Positions 31,143-40,697 of a stretch of DNA of 64,000 nt are shown piece by piece. The DNA lies in NCBI GenBank assembly GCA_024650005.2, contig CP122380.1, forward strand, positions 1,824,001 to 1,888,000, in the 5' to 3' direction. The first letter of the stretch is position 1. Every line of letters begins with the position of its first letter. Below the pieces are notes generated by a model, which saw only the letters and a program-made list of their open reading frames with translations, made no database searches and had not been told where the DNA came from. Source of the DNA: Candidatus Bathyarchaeum tardum (GTDB taxonomy: Archaea; Thermoproteota; Bathyarchaeia; Bathyarchaeales; Bathyarchaeaceae). Position numbers and translations under genes: made by a program.

Positions 31143-32120
31143 ATGGTTCCATTGGCAGTAAAGTCGGTTCTAGATTTTGTCGGAAACACACCGCTCATTA
31201 AACTAAACAGTAACTCAGGTGAACTGGGCACTTTTGAAGCAGACCTGTACGCCAAAATAGAATACGTGAACCCCAGCGGAAGTATAAAAGACAGAATTGC
31301 AAAATACATGATAGAACAAGCCGAAAAAAGGGGAGACCTCAAATCCGGAGACACCATCGTTGAAGCGACAAGCGGCAACACTGGAATAGCATTTTCTATG
31401 GCAGGGGCAGCAAAAGGCTACAAAGTAGTTATTGTCATGTGTGAAACCATGACCCAGGAAAGGCGCAATTTCATGCGGGCTTACGGGGCTGAAGTTATTT
31501 CTACTCCAGCATGTGAAAGTCTCGAAGGGGCAGTCGACAAAGCAAAGGAGTTAGCAAACAAGCTAGGGTATTGGATGCCTTGCCAGTTTGACAACTACGA
31601 CAATGTTGAAGCACATAGGATACTGATGGGAAAAGAGATCATAAACCAAGTTCCAAACGGAGTTGTTGACGCTTTTGTTGCAGGCGTTGGCACAGGTGGC
31701 ACCTTGATGGGTGTTGCTAAGGCATTAAAAGAAGTAAACCCAAAGGTCCAAATAATTGCAGCTCAGCCTGCTGGTTCCCAAGAACTAACTGGCGGAAAAG
31801 TTGGAGAGCACCGAATAGATGGGATTGGAGACGGCTTTATTCCTGACATTGTTGATACTTCAGTTATTGATGACGCTATTAATGTTGAAGATGAAACCGC
31901 TGTAAATTGGAGCAGAATGTTAGCAAGAGAAAAAGGATTGTTCGCGGGCATATCGTCAGGAGCTAATGTGTATGCAGCAGTTCAAGTAGCAAAGAGACTA
32001 AAGAAGGGACAAACAGTAGTAACCGTTCTACCTGACAGCCAAGACAGATACGCAAGTCTAGGATTTTTCAGCAATAAAAACGCAAAAGAAATCCATGTTC
32101 CAAAAACATTTGCACCGTAA
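31143..32120 (+). CDS. cysK: cysteine synthase family PLP enzyme
   Basis: NPSGSIKDR, EATSGNTG, GTGGT, GISSGA. Confidence 0.88.
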   Translation: MVPLAVKSVLDFVGNTPLIKLNSNSGELGTFEADLYAKIEYVNPSGSIKDRIAKYMIEQAEKRGDLKSGDTIVEATSGNTGIAFSMAGAAKGYKVVIVMCETMTQERRNFMRAYGAEVISTPACESLEGAVDKAKELANKLGYWMPCQFDNYDNVEAHRILMGKEIINQVPNGVVDAFVAGVGTGGTLMGVAKALKEVNPKVQIIAAQPAGSQELTGGKVGEHRIDGIGDGFIPDIVDTSVIDDAINVEDETAVNWSRMLAREKGLFAGISSGANVYAAVQVAKRLKKGQTVVTVLPDSQDRYASLGFFSNKNAKEIHVPKTFAP

Positions 32121-32171
32121 AGGGACAGGTTTTTAGTCAGAGACAACAGTCATATCACTGTAGTGTAATTT

Positions 32172-32780
32172 ATGCCAGAGAAGTACATAGTGTTCGCAGG
32201 GCGACCTAATGCAGGTAAAAGCAGCATAATCAACGAATTAACAGGTTTGAATCTAATTACAGGAAAACACGCAGGAACAACACGCAAAGTTTCGTATTAC
32301 CCTCTAAACAATGGATTAGTTCTTGTAGACCTGCCAGGCTTGGGAAAAATGGTGGGGGTTTCCAAAAAATATGAAGAAAAAGTAAACAGACGAATAATCC
32401 ATTTTTTGAACGATAACAAAGACAAGATTATACTGGCGATTTTAGTTTTGGACATATCCACCTTCATCGAAGTTACATGGCGCTTAGAAAAAAAGGGAAT
32501 AATGTCAGTAGACGTTGAAATGGTGAAGTTTTTAGAAGAAAAAATAGGCGAGTTCCCCTTAGTTGCAGCTAATAAAATTGACAAAACAAAAAAAGATGAA
32601 CTAGAAGCAAATCTGAGTGATTTCATTAACAGAATCAGCGATGGCGACCCAACCAAAGTAAAAGACCGAATATTTCCAATCAGTGCAAAAAATGGAAAAG
32701 GTATAGGAGAACTGAAAAATACAATTCACACAATCTTGGTTGACAAGGGCTACAAAAATCCGTTAAAAATTCAAAAATGA
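32172..32780 (+). CDS. engB: GTP-binding protein EngB
   Basis: GRPNAGKS, DLPG, ANKID, ISAK. Confidence 0.9.
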   Translation: MPEKYIVFAGRPNAGKSSIINELTGLNLITGKHAGTTRKVSYYPLNNGLVLVDLPGLGKMVGVSKKYEEKVNRRIIHFLNDNKDKIILAILVLDISTFIEVTWRLEKKGIMSVDVEMVKFLEEKIGEFPLVAANKIDKTKKDELEANLSDFINRISDGDPTKVKDRIFPISAKNGKGIGELKNTIHTILVDKGYKNPLKIQK

Positions 32781-32782
32781 CG

Positions 32783-33202
32783 TTAATCGTCTTTTTTCAT
32801 GTCAAGAACTAATTTTATTGCGATTATTACAGCAACTGGAACAGTAAAAGCGATGACATATGTTTGAATGGCGTAAGCCCAAAAGAACAACAAAGGACTA
32901 AGATACCATAATCCTGTCCATATGTTCGCTCCAGACGCAATAAGTAAAGCAATAGTAGCAAACAGGAAACTTTTCAGTTTTTTTCGGGTAATAGTCATAA
33001 GACCCATAACTGTGCCCAACAACAGCATAGAAAACAGAGCGAAACCATGGTTTGTTTGAATGTTTTCAAACCAATCAAGAGGAGGATCAGCAGGTGATAA
33101 CAAATACGAATCATATGCAGAGTACCCAAGAATAAAACCTACAAGTATAGCAACCAAAACAAAGGCGATAAAGACCCAGCGGGCAATTTCTTGGATTTTC
33201 AT
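32783..33202 (-). CDS. four-TM hypothetical membrane protein
   Basis: Hydrophobic helices, FLFATIALL motif. Confidence 0.7.
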   Translation of the reverse strand: MKIQEIARWVFIAFVLVAILVGFILGYSAYDSYLLSPADPPLDWFENIQTNHGFALFSMLLLGTVMGLMTITRKKLKSFLFATIALLIASGANIWTGLWYLSPLLFFWAYAIQTYVIAFTVPVAVIIAIKLVLDMKKDD

Positions 33203-33310
33203 TTTACATTCCTTTAAACGGCAAGTATGCTTACTGACCCATTATAAAATTTGTGGGATCAATAAACAAAAAAGGAGATTCTAACGTTAATTAGAACCAG
33301 TTTTTTGAAG

Positions 33311-34531
33311 CTATTCCCATATATCCAATGCAAGTTGTAATTCTTTGTGAGCTTTGGCGTAATCCTTCAATGAAATGCCCTGCAGTGTTGCATCAACTGC
33401 TTGTCGTAATGCAACGGCACCAGAAACTGTTCCTTTAGGATGCCCATGGATTCCCCCTCCGGCTTGAATTACAAAATCTTTCCCGAAAAACTTTATCAAA
33501 GCAGGAACCAAACTTGGATACAATCCACCAGACGCAACAGGTAACACATTGTTTAATCCATGCATATCGGTTTTGAGGGCTTCACAATTTTCTGCAACTT
33601 CTTCTTTGGTTTCAGACATTTTGCCCACAACTGTACCAACATGAAGCTGGTCAACTCCAATAATTCTTGTGACTTTTGCGATAACCTGCATGGATATTCC
33701 ATGTTTTGTATTCTTTGTAAACGCAGAGTGCCCAGCCCGATGAGCATGAATAACTAGCCCAAAATCGTGGTCTCTTATTGTTTGTAATGCAGAAAAACCA
33801 CAAGTTAGAATGTCGACCATAAGGTATCTTCCACCGTGGTCTTTAACAAATTGGGCTCGTTTGAGCATTTCTTGGGTTTCTGAAGTTATGTTTATCATGT
33901 AAACTTTCTTTTCACCAGTTTCAGACTCAGCGCGATCCCGCATCTCAAGAGTTTTAACAACACGGTCCTCAAAAGGATTGAAACTTTGACTGCTCAAGTT
34001 TTCGTCATCTTTTACTACATCACAGCCACCAATCCAAGCGTTGAACGCAATTTCGGCGTGGTCTTTAGTTTTTAGTCCCAGTTTTGGTTTGATAATTGTT
34101 CCAACCAGGGGACGGTCATTTACTCCTAGTAAGTTACGGATCCCGTCTATTCCATGCTTTGGACCTTTGAAACTTTGAACAAGGTCTTTAGGTAAGCTGA
34201 TGTCATTAAGTCGCAGATTTTTTAGCGCACGTAATCCAAAAACATTGCCAGCTACGCTACTCAAAATATTAGGCATGTTACCTTTTTCGAAAAGTTCAAT
34301 GGGATATGCTATTCGAATGTTGTTTCCTTCAATTTTGAATACAGTGGCAGCAAGTTTTTCCACGTAAGGTTTTATTGTAGTAAGCTCAGTCCATGTTCCC
34401 ACGGAACTTTCTGCTGCAACTCCTCCAGCAGCTTCTTTTAAAGTGATGCCTTCGGGTTCAACATAAAAATCACAAAGAAGGTCAGTTGGTTTTGGTGTAT
34501 AAGACTGGTTAACAAAATCTACATATTTCAA
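33311..34531 (-). CDS. rbcL: ribulose-1,5-bisphosphate carboxylase, form III
   Basis: ESSVGTW, GTIIKPKLG, KDDE, HAHRAGH, HVGTVVGKM, SGG, GGG: catalytic set intact. Confidence 0.96.
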   Translation of the reverse strand: MKYVDFVNQSYTPKPTDLLCDFYVEPEGITLKEAAGGVAAESSVGTWTELTTIKPYVEKLAATVFKIEGNNIRIAYPIELFEKGNMPNILSSVAGNVFGLRALKNLRLNDISLPKDLVQSFKGPKHGIDGIRNLLGVNDRPLVGTIIKPKLGLKTKDHAEIAFNAWIGGCDVVKDDENLSSQSFNPFEDRVVKTLEMRDRAESETGEKKVYMINITSETQEMLKRAQFVKDHGGRYLMVDILTCGFSALQTIRDHDFGLVIHAHRAGHSAFTKNTKHGISMQVIAKVTRIIGVDQLHVGTVVGKMSETKEEVAENCEALKTDMHGLNNVLPVASGGLYPSLVPALIKFFGKDFVIQAGGGIHGHPKGTVSGAVALRQAVDATLQGISLKDYAKAHKELQLALDIWE

Positions 34532-34607
34532 AGCTAATCAATAACCCCTAATATTCAACTAATATTATAGTAAGAACATACTATTAGATTAATTGTTGTG
34601 AAAATTC

Positions 34608-36155
34608 ATGGAATTCAAGGTTAAGCTTTTAGACATACGAGCTGGAGAAAAACAAATCATAGTTATTGACGATGAATACGCTAGCCGCATGGGAATTCAT
34701 TCTTCTGACCGCGTAAAAATCACATACAAAAACAAGAAAACAATCGCCATTGCTAACGTGGCCACAAATTTTCCTGAAAAAACAGTTGGAATATATGAAG
34801 AAGTTCAAGAAAAACTCAAAATTAAAGAAAATGAAACAGTAACAATAAAACCAGCTGAAAGACCAGAATCCCTTGGATTTATCCGAAAAAAAATCATGGG
34901 ACGTAAACTACGTCATGAAGAAATCAAGAGCATAATCGTGGATGTTGTAGAAAGGCATCTTAGTGATGTGGAATTAGCTTCTTTTGTTACCAGCCTGCAC
35001 ATTCGTGGAAGCAGCATAGAAGAAATAGAAGGCTTAACAAAAGCCATGATAGAAACTGGAAAAACAATAAATTTTGGAAAAACTCCGATCCTTGATAAGC
35101 ACAGCATAGGTGGAGTCCCAGGAGATAAAACCACCATTTTAGTTGTGCCAATAGTTGCTGCTGCAGGTTTTACTATTCCTAAAACTTCATCACGGGCAAT
35201 TACTTCCCCTGCAGGCACAGCAGACAGGGTTGAAGTTTTGTGTCCAGTCGATTTATCCTTTGAAGAAATGCGAGTAGTAGTAAAAAAAACAAATGCTTGT
35301 TTAGCATGGGGAGGTTCCCTTGATCTTGCTCCAGCAGACGATTTATTGATTCAAGTTGAATATCCTTTGTCCATTGATCCGTTGCTTTTGCCTTCGATTC
35401 TAAGTAAAAAAAAGGCAATAGGGGCAGAATACCTTGTTATCGATATTCCTACAGGGCGGGGAGCAAAAATCAAAACTATCGGAGAAGCTCAAGAGTTAGC
35501 TCAAGATTTCATCGAACTTGGAAAAAGGCTGGGAATACATATACAATGTGGAGTAACCTTTGGAGAGCAACCAATCGGACATGCGATAGGTCCAGCTCTG
35601 GAGGCTCGAGAGGCACTTTTGGCGTTAATGAATAAGGGTCCATTAGATTTGGTGAACAAGGCTTCCAGTTTAGCAGGACTGCTTTTTGAGATGATGGGAA
35701 TCGAAGATGGATTGCAAAAAGCAAAAGAAATCATCGAATCAGGCAAAGCCGAAAAGAAACTTCGAGAAATCATTGCAGTTCAAGGCGGTGACCCCAAAGT
35801 TCAACCTGAAGATATTCAAATAGGGAAGGAAGTTACCGAAATTTATTCTAAAGAAGCAGGAACAATTCAGTGGATAAACAACAGATACATTGCACAAATT
35901 GCACGAGAAGCAGGAGCACCAAAAACGAAATCTGCAGGAGTTTTGCTCAATAAAAAGTTAGGAGACAAAGTTAAAGCCGGAGAGGTTTTATTCAGGATTT
36001 ATTCTGGAAGCAAACAAAAGTTGAATACTGCTGTTAGATTATCAAATAGACTTGAAACCTTTGGCATAACTGAAAAGTTCGGTGAAAAAATGCTTATTGA
36101 CCGCATTCCAACAGAGAAAGTTTCGTTTGAAAAACCGTTTGTTCTAGAAAGATAG
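34608..36155 (+). CDS. deoA: AMP phosphorylase
   Basis: N-terminal extension, DKHSIGGVPG, PKTSSRAITSPAGTAD, GPALEARE; divergent from rbcL. Confidence 0.95.
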   Translation: MEFKVKLLDIRAGEKQIIVIDDEYASRMGIHSSDRVKITYKNKKTIAIANVATNFPEKTVGIYEEVQEKLKIKENETVTIKPAERPESLGFIRKKIMGRKLRHEEIKSIIVDVVERHLSDVELASFVTSLHIRGSSIEEIEGLTKAMIETGKTINFGKTPILDKHSIGGVPGDKTTILVVPIVAAAGFTIPKTSSRAITSPAGTADRVEVLCPVDLSFEEMRVVVKKTNACLAWGGSLDLAPADDLLIQVEYPLSIDPLLLPSILSKKKAIGAEYLVIDIPTGRGAKIKTIGEAQELAQDFIELGKRLGIHIQCGVTFGEQPIGHAIGPALEAREALLALMNKGPLDLVNKASSLAGLLFEMMGIEDGLQKAKEIIESGKAEKKLREIIAVQGGDPKVQPEDIQIGKEVTEIYSKEAGTIQWINNRYIAQIAREAGAPKTKSAGVLLNKKLGDKVKAGEVLFRIYSGSKQKLNTAVRLSNRLETFGITEKFGEKMLIDRIPTEKVSFEKPFVLER

Positions 36156-36157
36156 CA

Positions 36158-36826
36158 GTGACTTCAATGGCAAAAGCGGTTATCTTTGACTGGGATGGAA
36201 CCCTTGCTGACACACGAAAAGCAGTGGTTCAATCGTTTCAGACGGTTTTAACAAAAACAGGATGTAAAGTCAGTAACGAATTTATAGAACGACTCATGGG
36301 TGTTGGAACAAAAAAGACAATCATTGAAGCATTCAAAAAATGCAATATGAGAATTAACGTTGAGACTTTGGATAATCTTTCTAAAGAGAAAGTCAAAATA
36401 CAAGCAGAACTAGCAGATTTTGTCCAAGTTTTTGATGGAGCTATAGAACTTTTAGATGATCTCGCATCAAAAACAAAACTAGCTGTAGCAACAATGAGTG
36501 GGAGAAAAGTAATAGACAAAGTTCTTGCTGAAAAAAAAATTGATTCATACTTTGAAGCAGTTATTTCAGCAGATGATGTTAACAACCCGAAACCAAATCC
36601 AGAGATTTTCCTTAAAACTGCCAAAATCTTAGGGGTTCTTCCTATAGATTGTGTTGTTGTTGAAGATTCGATTTTTGGAGTAAAAGCTGCAAAAAATGCA
36701 AATATGAAGTGCATAGCAGTTTCTTCAGGAGTATATTCAAAAAATGAACTTCTAGAAGAAAATCCTGATCTTTTGGTTGATGGGATTTGGGAAAAAGATA
36801 GAATTTTAAAGTTTATTTTCTCATAG
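36158..36826 (+). CDS. HAD phosphatase (phosphoglycolate phosphatase/CbbY-like)
   Basis: FDWDGTL, KPNPEIF, VEDS; 2 bp after AMP phosphorylase. Confidence 0.88.
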   Translation: MTSMAKAVIFDWDGTLADTRKAVVQSFQTVLTKTGCKVSNEFIERLMGVGTKKTIIEAFKKCNMRINVETLDNLSKEKVKIQAELADFVQVFDGAIELLDDLASKTKLAVATMSGRKVIDKVLAEKKIDSYFEAVISADDVNNPKPNPEIFLKTAKILGVLPIDCVVVEDSIFGVKAAKNANMKCIAVSSGVYSKNELLEENPDLLVDGIWEKDRILKFIFS

Positions 36827-36877
36827 AAGCGCCAGAATTCAAAACAAGAAAACTGTCTTGTTTATTTTTTTAACAAT

Positions 36878-36891
36878 ATGACATACGTCAT
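36878..36891. promoter_or_regulatory. palindromic operator candidate
   Basis: ATGAC-N4-GTCAT directly before TTATATA box (36894-36900) of the HTH gene. Confidence 0.5.
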
Positions 36892-36925
36892 TCTTATATA
36901 GGGTTAAGATTGAACATATATTCAG

Positions 36926-37363
36926 GTGTACCAGAGAATGCTTCCCTGTGAGGTTGCCGTAAAATCAGTTATTCCAGCAATTCGGTCAGCAATCGCAAGA
37001 GAGCTCATTCAAGTTCACAATCTTAAACAAAAAGATGTGGCGGAACTCTTAGGCATAACCCAGACAGCGGTGAGTAAATACACCCGTTTCTACCGAGGCA
37101 CAGTCATTGAAGTGCAAAGAATTGAAGAAGCAAACATGGTTTTGCAAGAAACAGTTTTTTCATTAGCTAATGGTGACATGGACAAATATGAATTAGCAGA
37201 AAAACTTTGCACCATGTGCGCAATAATTCGAGAAAAAGGTGTCATGTGTGAACTTTGCTCGTTATCAGACCCAGACATAAACAACAAAAAATGTATTGTC
37301 TGTTGCCCAACAGGAGAAAACACTAAAACAAGAAATCCTAAAAAAGAAAAAAGGGAAAACTAA
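36926..37363 (+). CDS. XRE/ThiR-like HTH regulator with Cys-rich C-terminus
   Basis: PCEVAVK..IPAIR, QKDVAELLGITQTAVSKY, CxxC...CxxC...CxxCC. Confidence 0.85.
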   Translation: MYQRMLPCEVAVKSVIPAIRSAIARELIQVHNLKQKDVAELLGITQTAVSKYTRFYRGTVIEVQRIEEANMVLQETVFSLANGDMDKYELAEKLCTMCAIIREKGVMCELCSLSDPDINNKKCIVCCPTGENTKTRNPKKEKREN

Positions 37364-37407
37364 AAGGCAACTATTTTTCCACAAAAGCAACTTGCTTTTG
37401 AGGTAGT

Positions 37408-38310
37408 TTAGTTTTCAGTTTTCTTTGAAGTTGTCTTTTTTGCAGTCTTTTTCGTTTTAGTTTCTGCAACAGTTTTAGTTACTTTTGTTGTAGCTTCTTT
37501 GTTTTCTGGTTTCTTTTCTTCTGCTTTTGCTTTAGGTGCCGTTTTCTTTACAGTTTCAGCTTCAGGTTTCTGTGCAGTTTTCTTGGCAGCAGGTTTCGTT
37601 TTAGGCTCTTCAGTTTTTTCTGCACCAGGTTTAGTGAAAGATTCTACAAACTCCACAGTAATAATTTCTGGAACAAAACGTTGAATGTCCAAAGCGATGC
37701 CCCGTTTTGCTAGTTGGACTCCTTCAACATAGAAGGATTCATCAGGCATTTTCACACTGACACTTGTTTTTGAGATGTTCAAGCCGAACTTGGAAACATC
37801 CACTGCGGGTATTCGACGATGAACTAAAGCAGCAATTTTTTCTTCGTTAGTTTTTAGTTGTTTTTGGATGTTAACTTCGTAAACGAGGGTTTTTCCAGCC
37901 AGAGGTGGGTTAAAATCCAATGTTACTCGTCCAGAGCCAACTGTTCGAACAGTTGCGGGTCTTTTGTCGTACTCGATTTGAGCACCTAACTGGGGGGTTA
38001 TTCCACGGGCAGCTAGTCTTTTGAAGGGAACAAATTTGATTTTTTCGGGGTCACGATTTCCAAATGCATCTTCGGGGGGAATTTCTAGTGATTCATCTTT
38101 GTTCAGTTTAAATGTTTGAAGGGCGTCATCCAGGGCTTTTAGTACCCAACCTTCGCCAACCACTACTAGTCGTGGTTCGTAAATGTCACCTTCTTGATAG
38201 AGTTTGTTCTCTTTTGCGATTTCTTCAGAAGTTGTGTCGAAAACTTCTCCGGTTTCTTTTACTTTACCTGTATAGTCAACAATAATAAAGTCGCTTTTCT
38301 GAATTGCCAC
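37408..38310 (-). CDS. slyD: long-type FKBP peptidyl-prolyl isomerase with Lys-rich tail
   Basis: DYTG...VFDTT, PPEDAFG, DFNPPLAGKTL; GTG start at 38310. Confidence 0.93.
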   Translation of the reverse strand: MAIQKSDFIIVDYTGKVKETGEVFDTTSEEIAKENKLYQEGDIYEPRLVVVGEGWVLKALDDALQTFKLNKDESLEIPPEDAFGNRDPEKIKFVPFKRLAARGITPQLGAQIEYDKRPATVRTVGSGRVTLDFNPPLAGKTLVYEVNIQKQLKTNEEKIAALVHRRIPAVDVSKFGLNISKTSVSVKMPDESFYVEGVQLAKRGIALDIQRFVPEIITVEFVESFTKPGAEKTEEPKTKPAAKKTAQKPEAETVKKTAPKAKAEEKKPENKEATTKVTKTVAETKTKKTAKKTTSKKTEN

Positions 38311-38581
38311 ACATATCCGTCCTTTAATTACTAGCCTTATCTGCTGATTTTTAGCCGCCAACACCATTCATAAATGTTACGTATGCAGACCATCAGCCCA
38401 ACAACAAATCCAACAACGTAAAGAAGATAACGATACAAATAATGGCACCAAAAAACGCAACAATTGCTCGATATAAATATTAAAATCATATTTTCTGCTA
38501 GAAAAGTAGGATAATAAAAAAGAAAAAAGAAATGTTAGGGATTTGAAAAAAGGGGTTATTCGAAAGCTAATTTTTAGTCAG

Positions 38582-40276
38582 TTATTCGATGGTTAGTTCA
38601 TCGTCGTCGTCTGCTATTTCTTCGATTATCTCTTCTTCAATGATTTCTTCATCAATAAGGTCAGCGTCTTCTTCAAAGTCTTCGTCGTCTTCAGAGATGA
38701 TTTCAACAGATTCTTCTTCAATTTCGATTTCTTCTGCGGGTACTTGAGGAACTGCTTCAATTGGAGTTATTTCTTCAGTGACAGGTATTTTAGGGGTTGC
38801 TACTGGAATTTCTTCAACTGTTTCGTCTAGCTCTTTAGTTAGGGATAGTTCTACTGCATCTTCAGTTTCAACTTCGTCAATTGCTGATTCAACTTCCATT
38901 GTTTCTTCAACTGGAGCTTCAAGTTCTAGTGATGCTTCAGGAACTGCTTCTTCAACTACAGCTTCAGGAACTTCAACAGAAGGAGCAACAGCTTCCTCTT
39001 CAAAAGTTTCCTCAACCAGAACTTCAGGAGCTTCAGCTTCAACTTCAGGAGCCTCAACTGGCAAATCCATCACTTCTTCAACAGGAGCTTCTACAGGAAC
39101 TTCAACTGGAACTTCAGCAACAGGTTCAACAGAAGCCTCAACAGACGCTTCAACAGGCAGCTCAGCAGTTTCAACTGGAGCTTCATATTCAACAGATGTT
39201 TCAGGAACTGCTTCTTCAACTACAGCTTCAGGAACTTCAACAGAAGGAGCAACAGCTTCCTCTTCAAAAGTTTCCTCAACCAGAACTTCAGGAGCTTCAG
39301 CTTCAACTTCAGGAGCCTCAACTGGCAAATCCATCACTTCTTCAACAGGAGCTTCTACAGGAACTTCAACTGGAACTTCAGCAACAGGTTCAACAGAAGC
39401 CTCAACAGACGCTTCAACAGGCAGCTCAGTTGGAATTTCAACTGGTACTTCAAAGGTTTCTTCTTCGTCTGGAAGATCAACAGAAGGAGCAAAAATATCA
39501 TCAATCAGAGTTTCTTCAGGGGTTTCAACTATTGCATCCATTGGAGTTTCAAAAGCGTCTGCGACTGGTGTTTCAATTGGACTTTGAATTTCTTCGATTG
39601 GAGCAGTAACTGGAACTTCAAAGGGTGAAACTGGTTCAGATGTAAAAGCTGCAACTGGAGCTTCAAGGGAAGGAGTAAATGTTTCTTCAACTGGAGTTTC
39701 AGGAGCCTCTACAGGGGCTTCAACATCGGGTGCCTCATCAACCGGTTCAACTGGTGCTTCAATTGGAGCCATAACAGAAACTTCTGGAACAGTAACAGGC
39801 ATCTCGATTGGTTCTTCTACCACTGGAGTGCCTAATTGAACTGGTTCAACCGTTTCTGGTTCAACTGAAATGGATGGTGCTTCTTCTTCAGGGATAATCG
39901 TGTTTACTGCTTCTTTGAGGAAAACCAACTGTTTTTTCAAGGAGTAAAGTCCGTTTGAAAAAGCAATAATTTCGTTAGCGTGTACTTCATCGTCGATTTC
40001 TCCAGCGGCGTATTGAATTTCAGAGTTTGCAAGAAATATTTCCAATGTGCCAATTTGGTTTTCTAGTTCTTCAACTTTTGAAGATAAATTGTCGGCAAGA
40101 AGTTTTTGTCGCATCTCAATATCGGAGATGATGGTTGACAGTTCATTTTCAAGGGAATCGTACGTAGAAACCGAAATTTTGCCTGAATTGTAAAGAGCAT
40201 CAAGGGCTTGCTTCTTTTTCTTAGCTAATTCCAAATCCGTGCTTATTTTCTCGAAAGAGTACTTCCATGAGATCAA
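38582..40276 (-). CDS. CdvA-like coiled-coil protein with very long acidic Pro/Val/Glu tail
   Basis: KKKQALDALYNSGKISVSTY and EIQYAAGEID match the CdvA coiled coil; no PRC barrel seen. Confidence 0.75.
   Translation of the reverse strand: MISWKYSFEKISTDLELAKKKKQALDALYNSGKISVSTYDSLENELSTIISDIEMRQKLLADNLSSKVEELENQIGTLEIFLANSEIQYAAGEIDDEVHANEIIAFSNGLYSLKKQLVFLKEAVNTIIPEEEAPSISVEPETVEPVQLGTPVVEEPIEMPVTVPEVSVMAPIEAPVEPVDEAPDVEAPVEAPETPVEETFTPSLEAPVAAFTSEPVSPFEVPVTAPIEEIQSPIETPVADAFETPMDAIVETPEETLIDDIFAPSVDLPDEEETFEVPVEIPTELPVEASVEASVEPVAEVPVEVPVEAPVEEVMDLPVEAPEVEAEAPEVLVEETFEEEAVAPSVEVPEAVVEEAVPETSVEYEAPVETAELPVEASVEASVEPVAEVPVEVPVEAPVEEVMDLPVEAPEVEAEAPEVLVEETFEEEAVAPSVEVPEAVVEEAVPEASLELEAPVEETMEVESAIDEVETEDAVELSLTKELDETVEEIPVATPKIPVTEEITPIEAVPQVPAEEIEIEEESVEIISEDDEDFEEDADLIDEEIIEEEIIEEIADDDDELTIE
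38936..39429. repeat. intragenic tandem duplication, 264-bp period, 230 bp identical
   Basis: 38936-39165 equals 39200-39429 by direct comparison. Confidence 0.95.
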
Positions 40277-40697
40277 ATTCTAACACCCAGTCGAAAGCTA
40301 CTATAAAAGACCGAAATAACTGTTGTTAACATGCAGATATATCGGTAACTGTCAAAATAGCCTTCTTTTTGTCAAATAACCTCAAGTGCCTTTTAAACAA
40401 GCATAGATACCATCACATGTACAACATTAATCATTAACACGCTTAACTAAATTTGAGACAGACTTTCTTAGCCATTTTTGCAATAAAATAGAAAAAATTA
40501 GCAGAAAAAATTAATGAAAAAATAAAAAATTAAGAAAAAATCTAAACAAGAAAATGAGCCGCAAATACAAAACGGCAACCGTCATTCATGGCAAATTCAC
40601 CAAATTAGTCAGTTCAAAAACAGTTTACGGGCTTCGTTTCATACCAAAAAGATAGAAATTGGCCATTCAAACGAATTTTCAACAGCTTAAAACCAAA

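Noticed and set aside
33311-34531. Calvin cycle autotrophy or a RuBisCO-like (form IV) protein
   Set aside because: No phosphoribulokinase in the window; AMP phosphorylase and R15P isomerase context plus intact catalytic motifs indicate form III
38936-39429. Repeat as a CRISPR array or mobile element
   Set aside because: Two long in-frame copies inside a CDS, no spacers or terminal repeats
38778-39609. Ser/Thr-rich and Gln/Leu-rich plus-strand ORFs
   Set aside because: Antisense shadows of the low-complexity CdvA-like tail
40277-40697. Long AT-rich intergenic region as a replication origin
   Set aside because: No repeated ORB-like boxes seen and no cdc6/orc1 gene in the window
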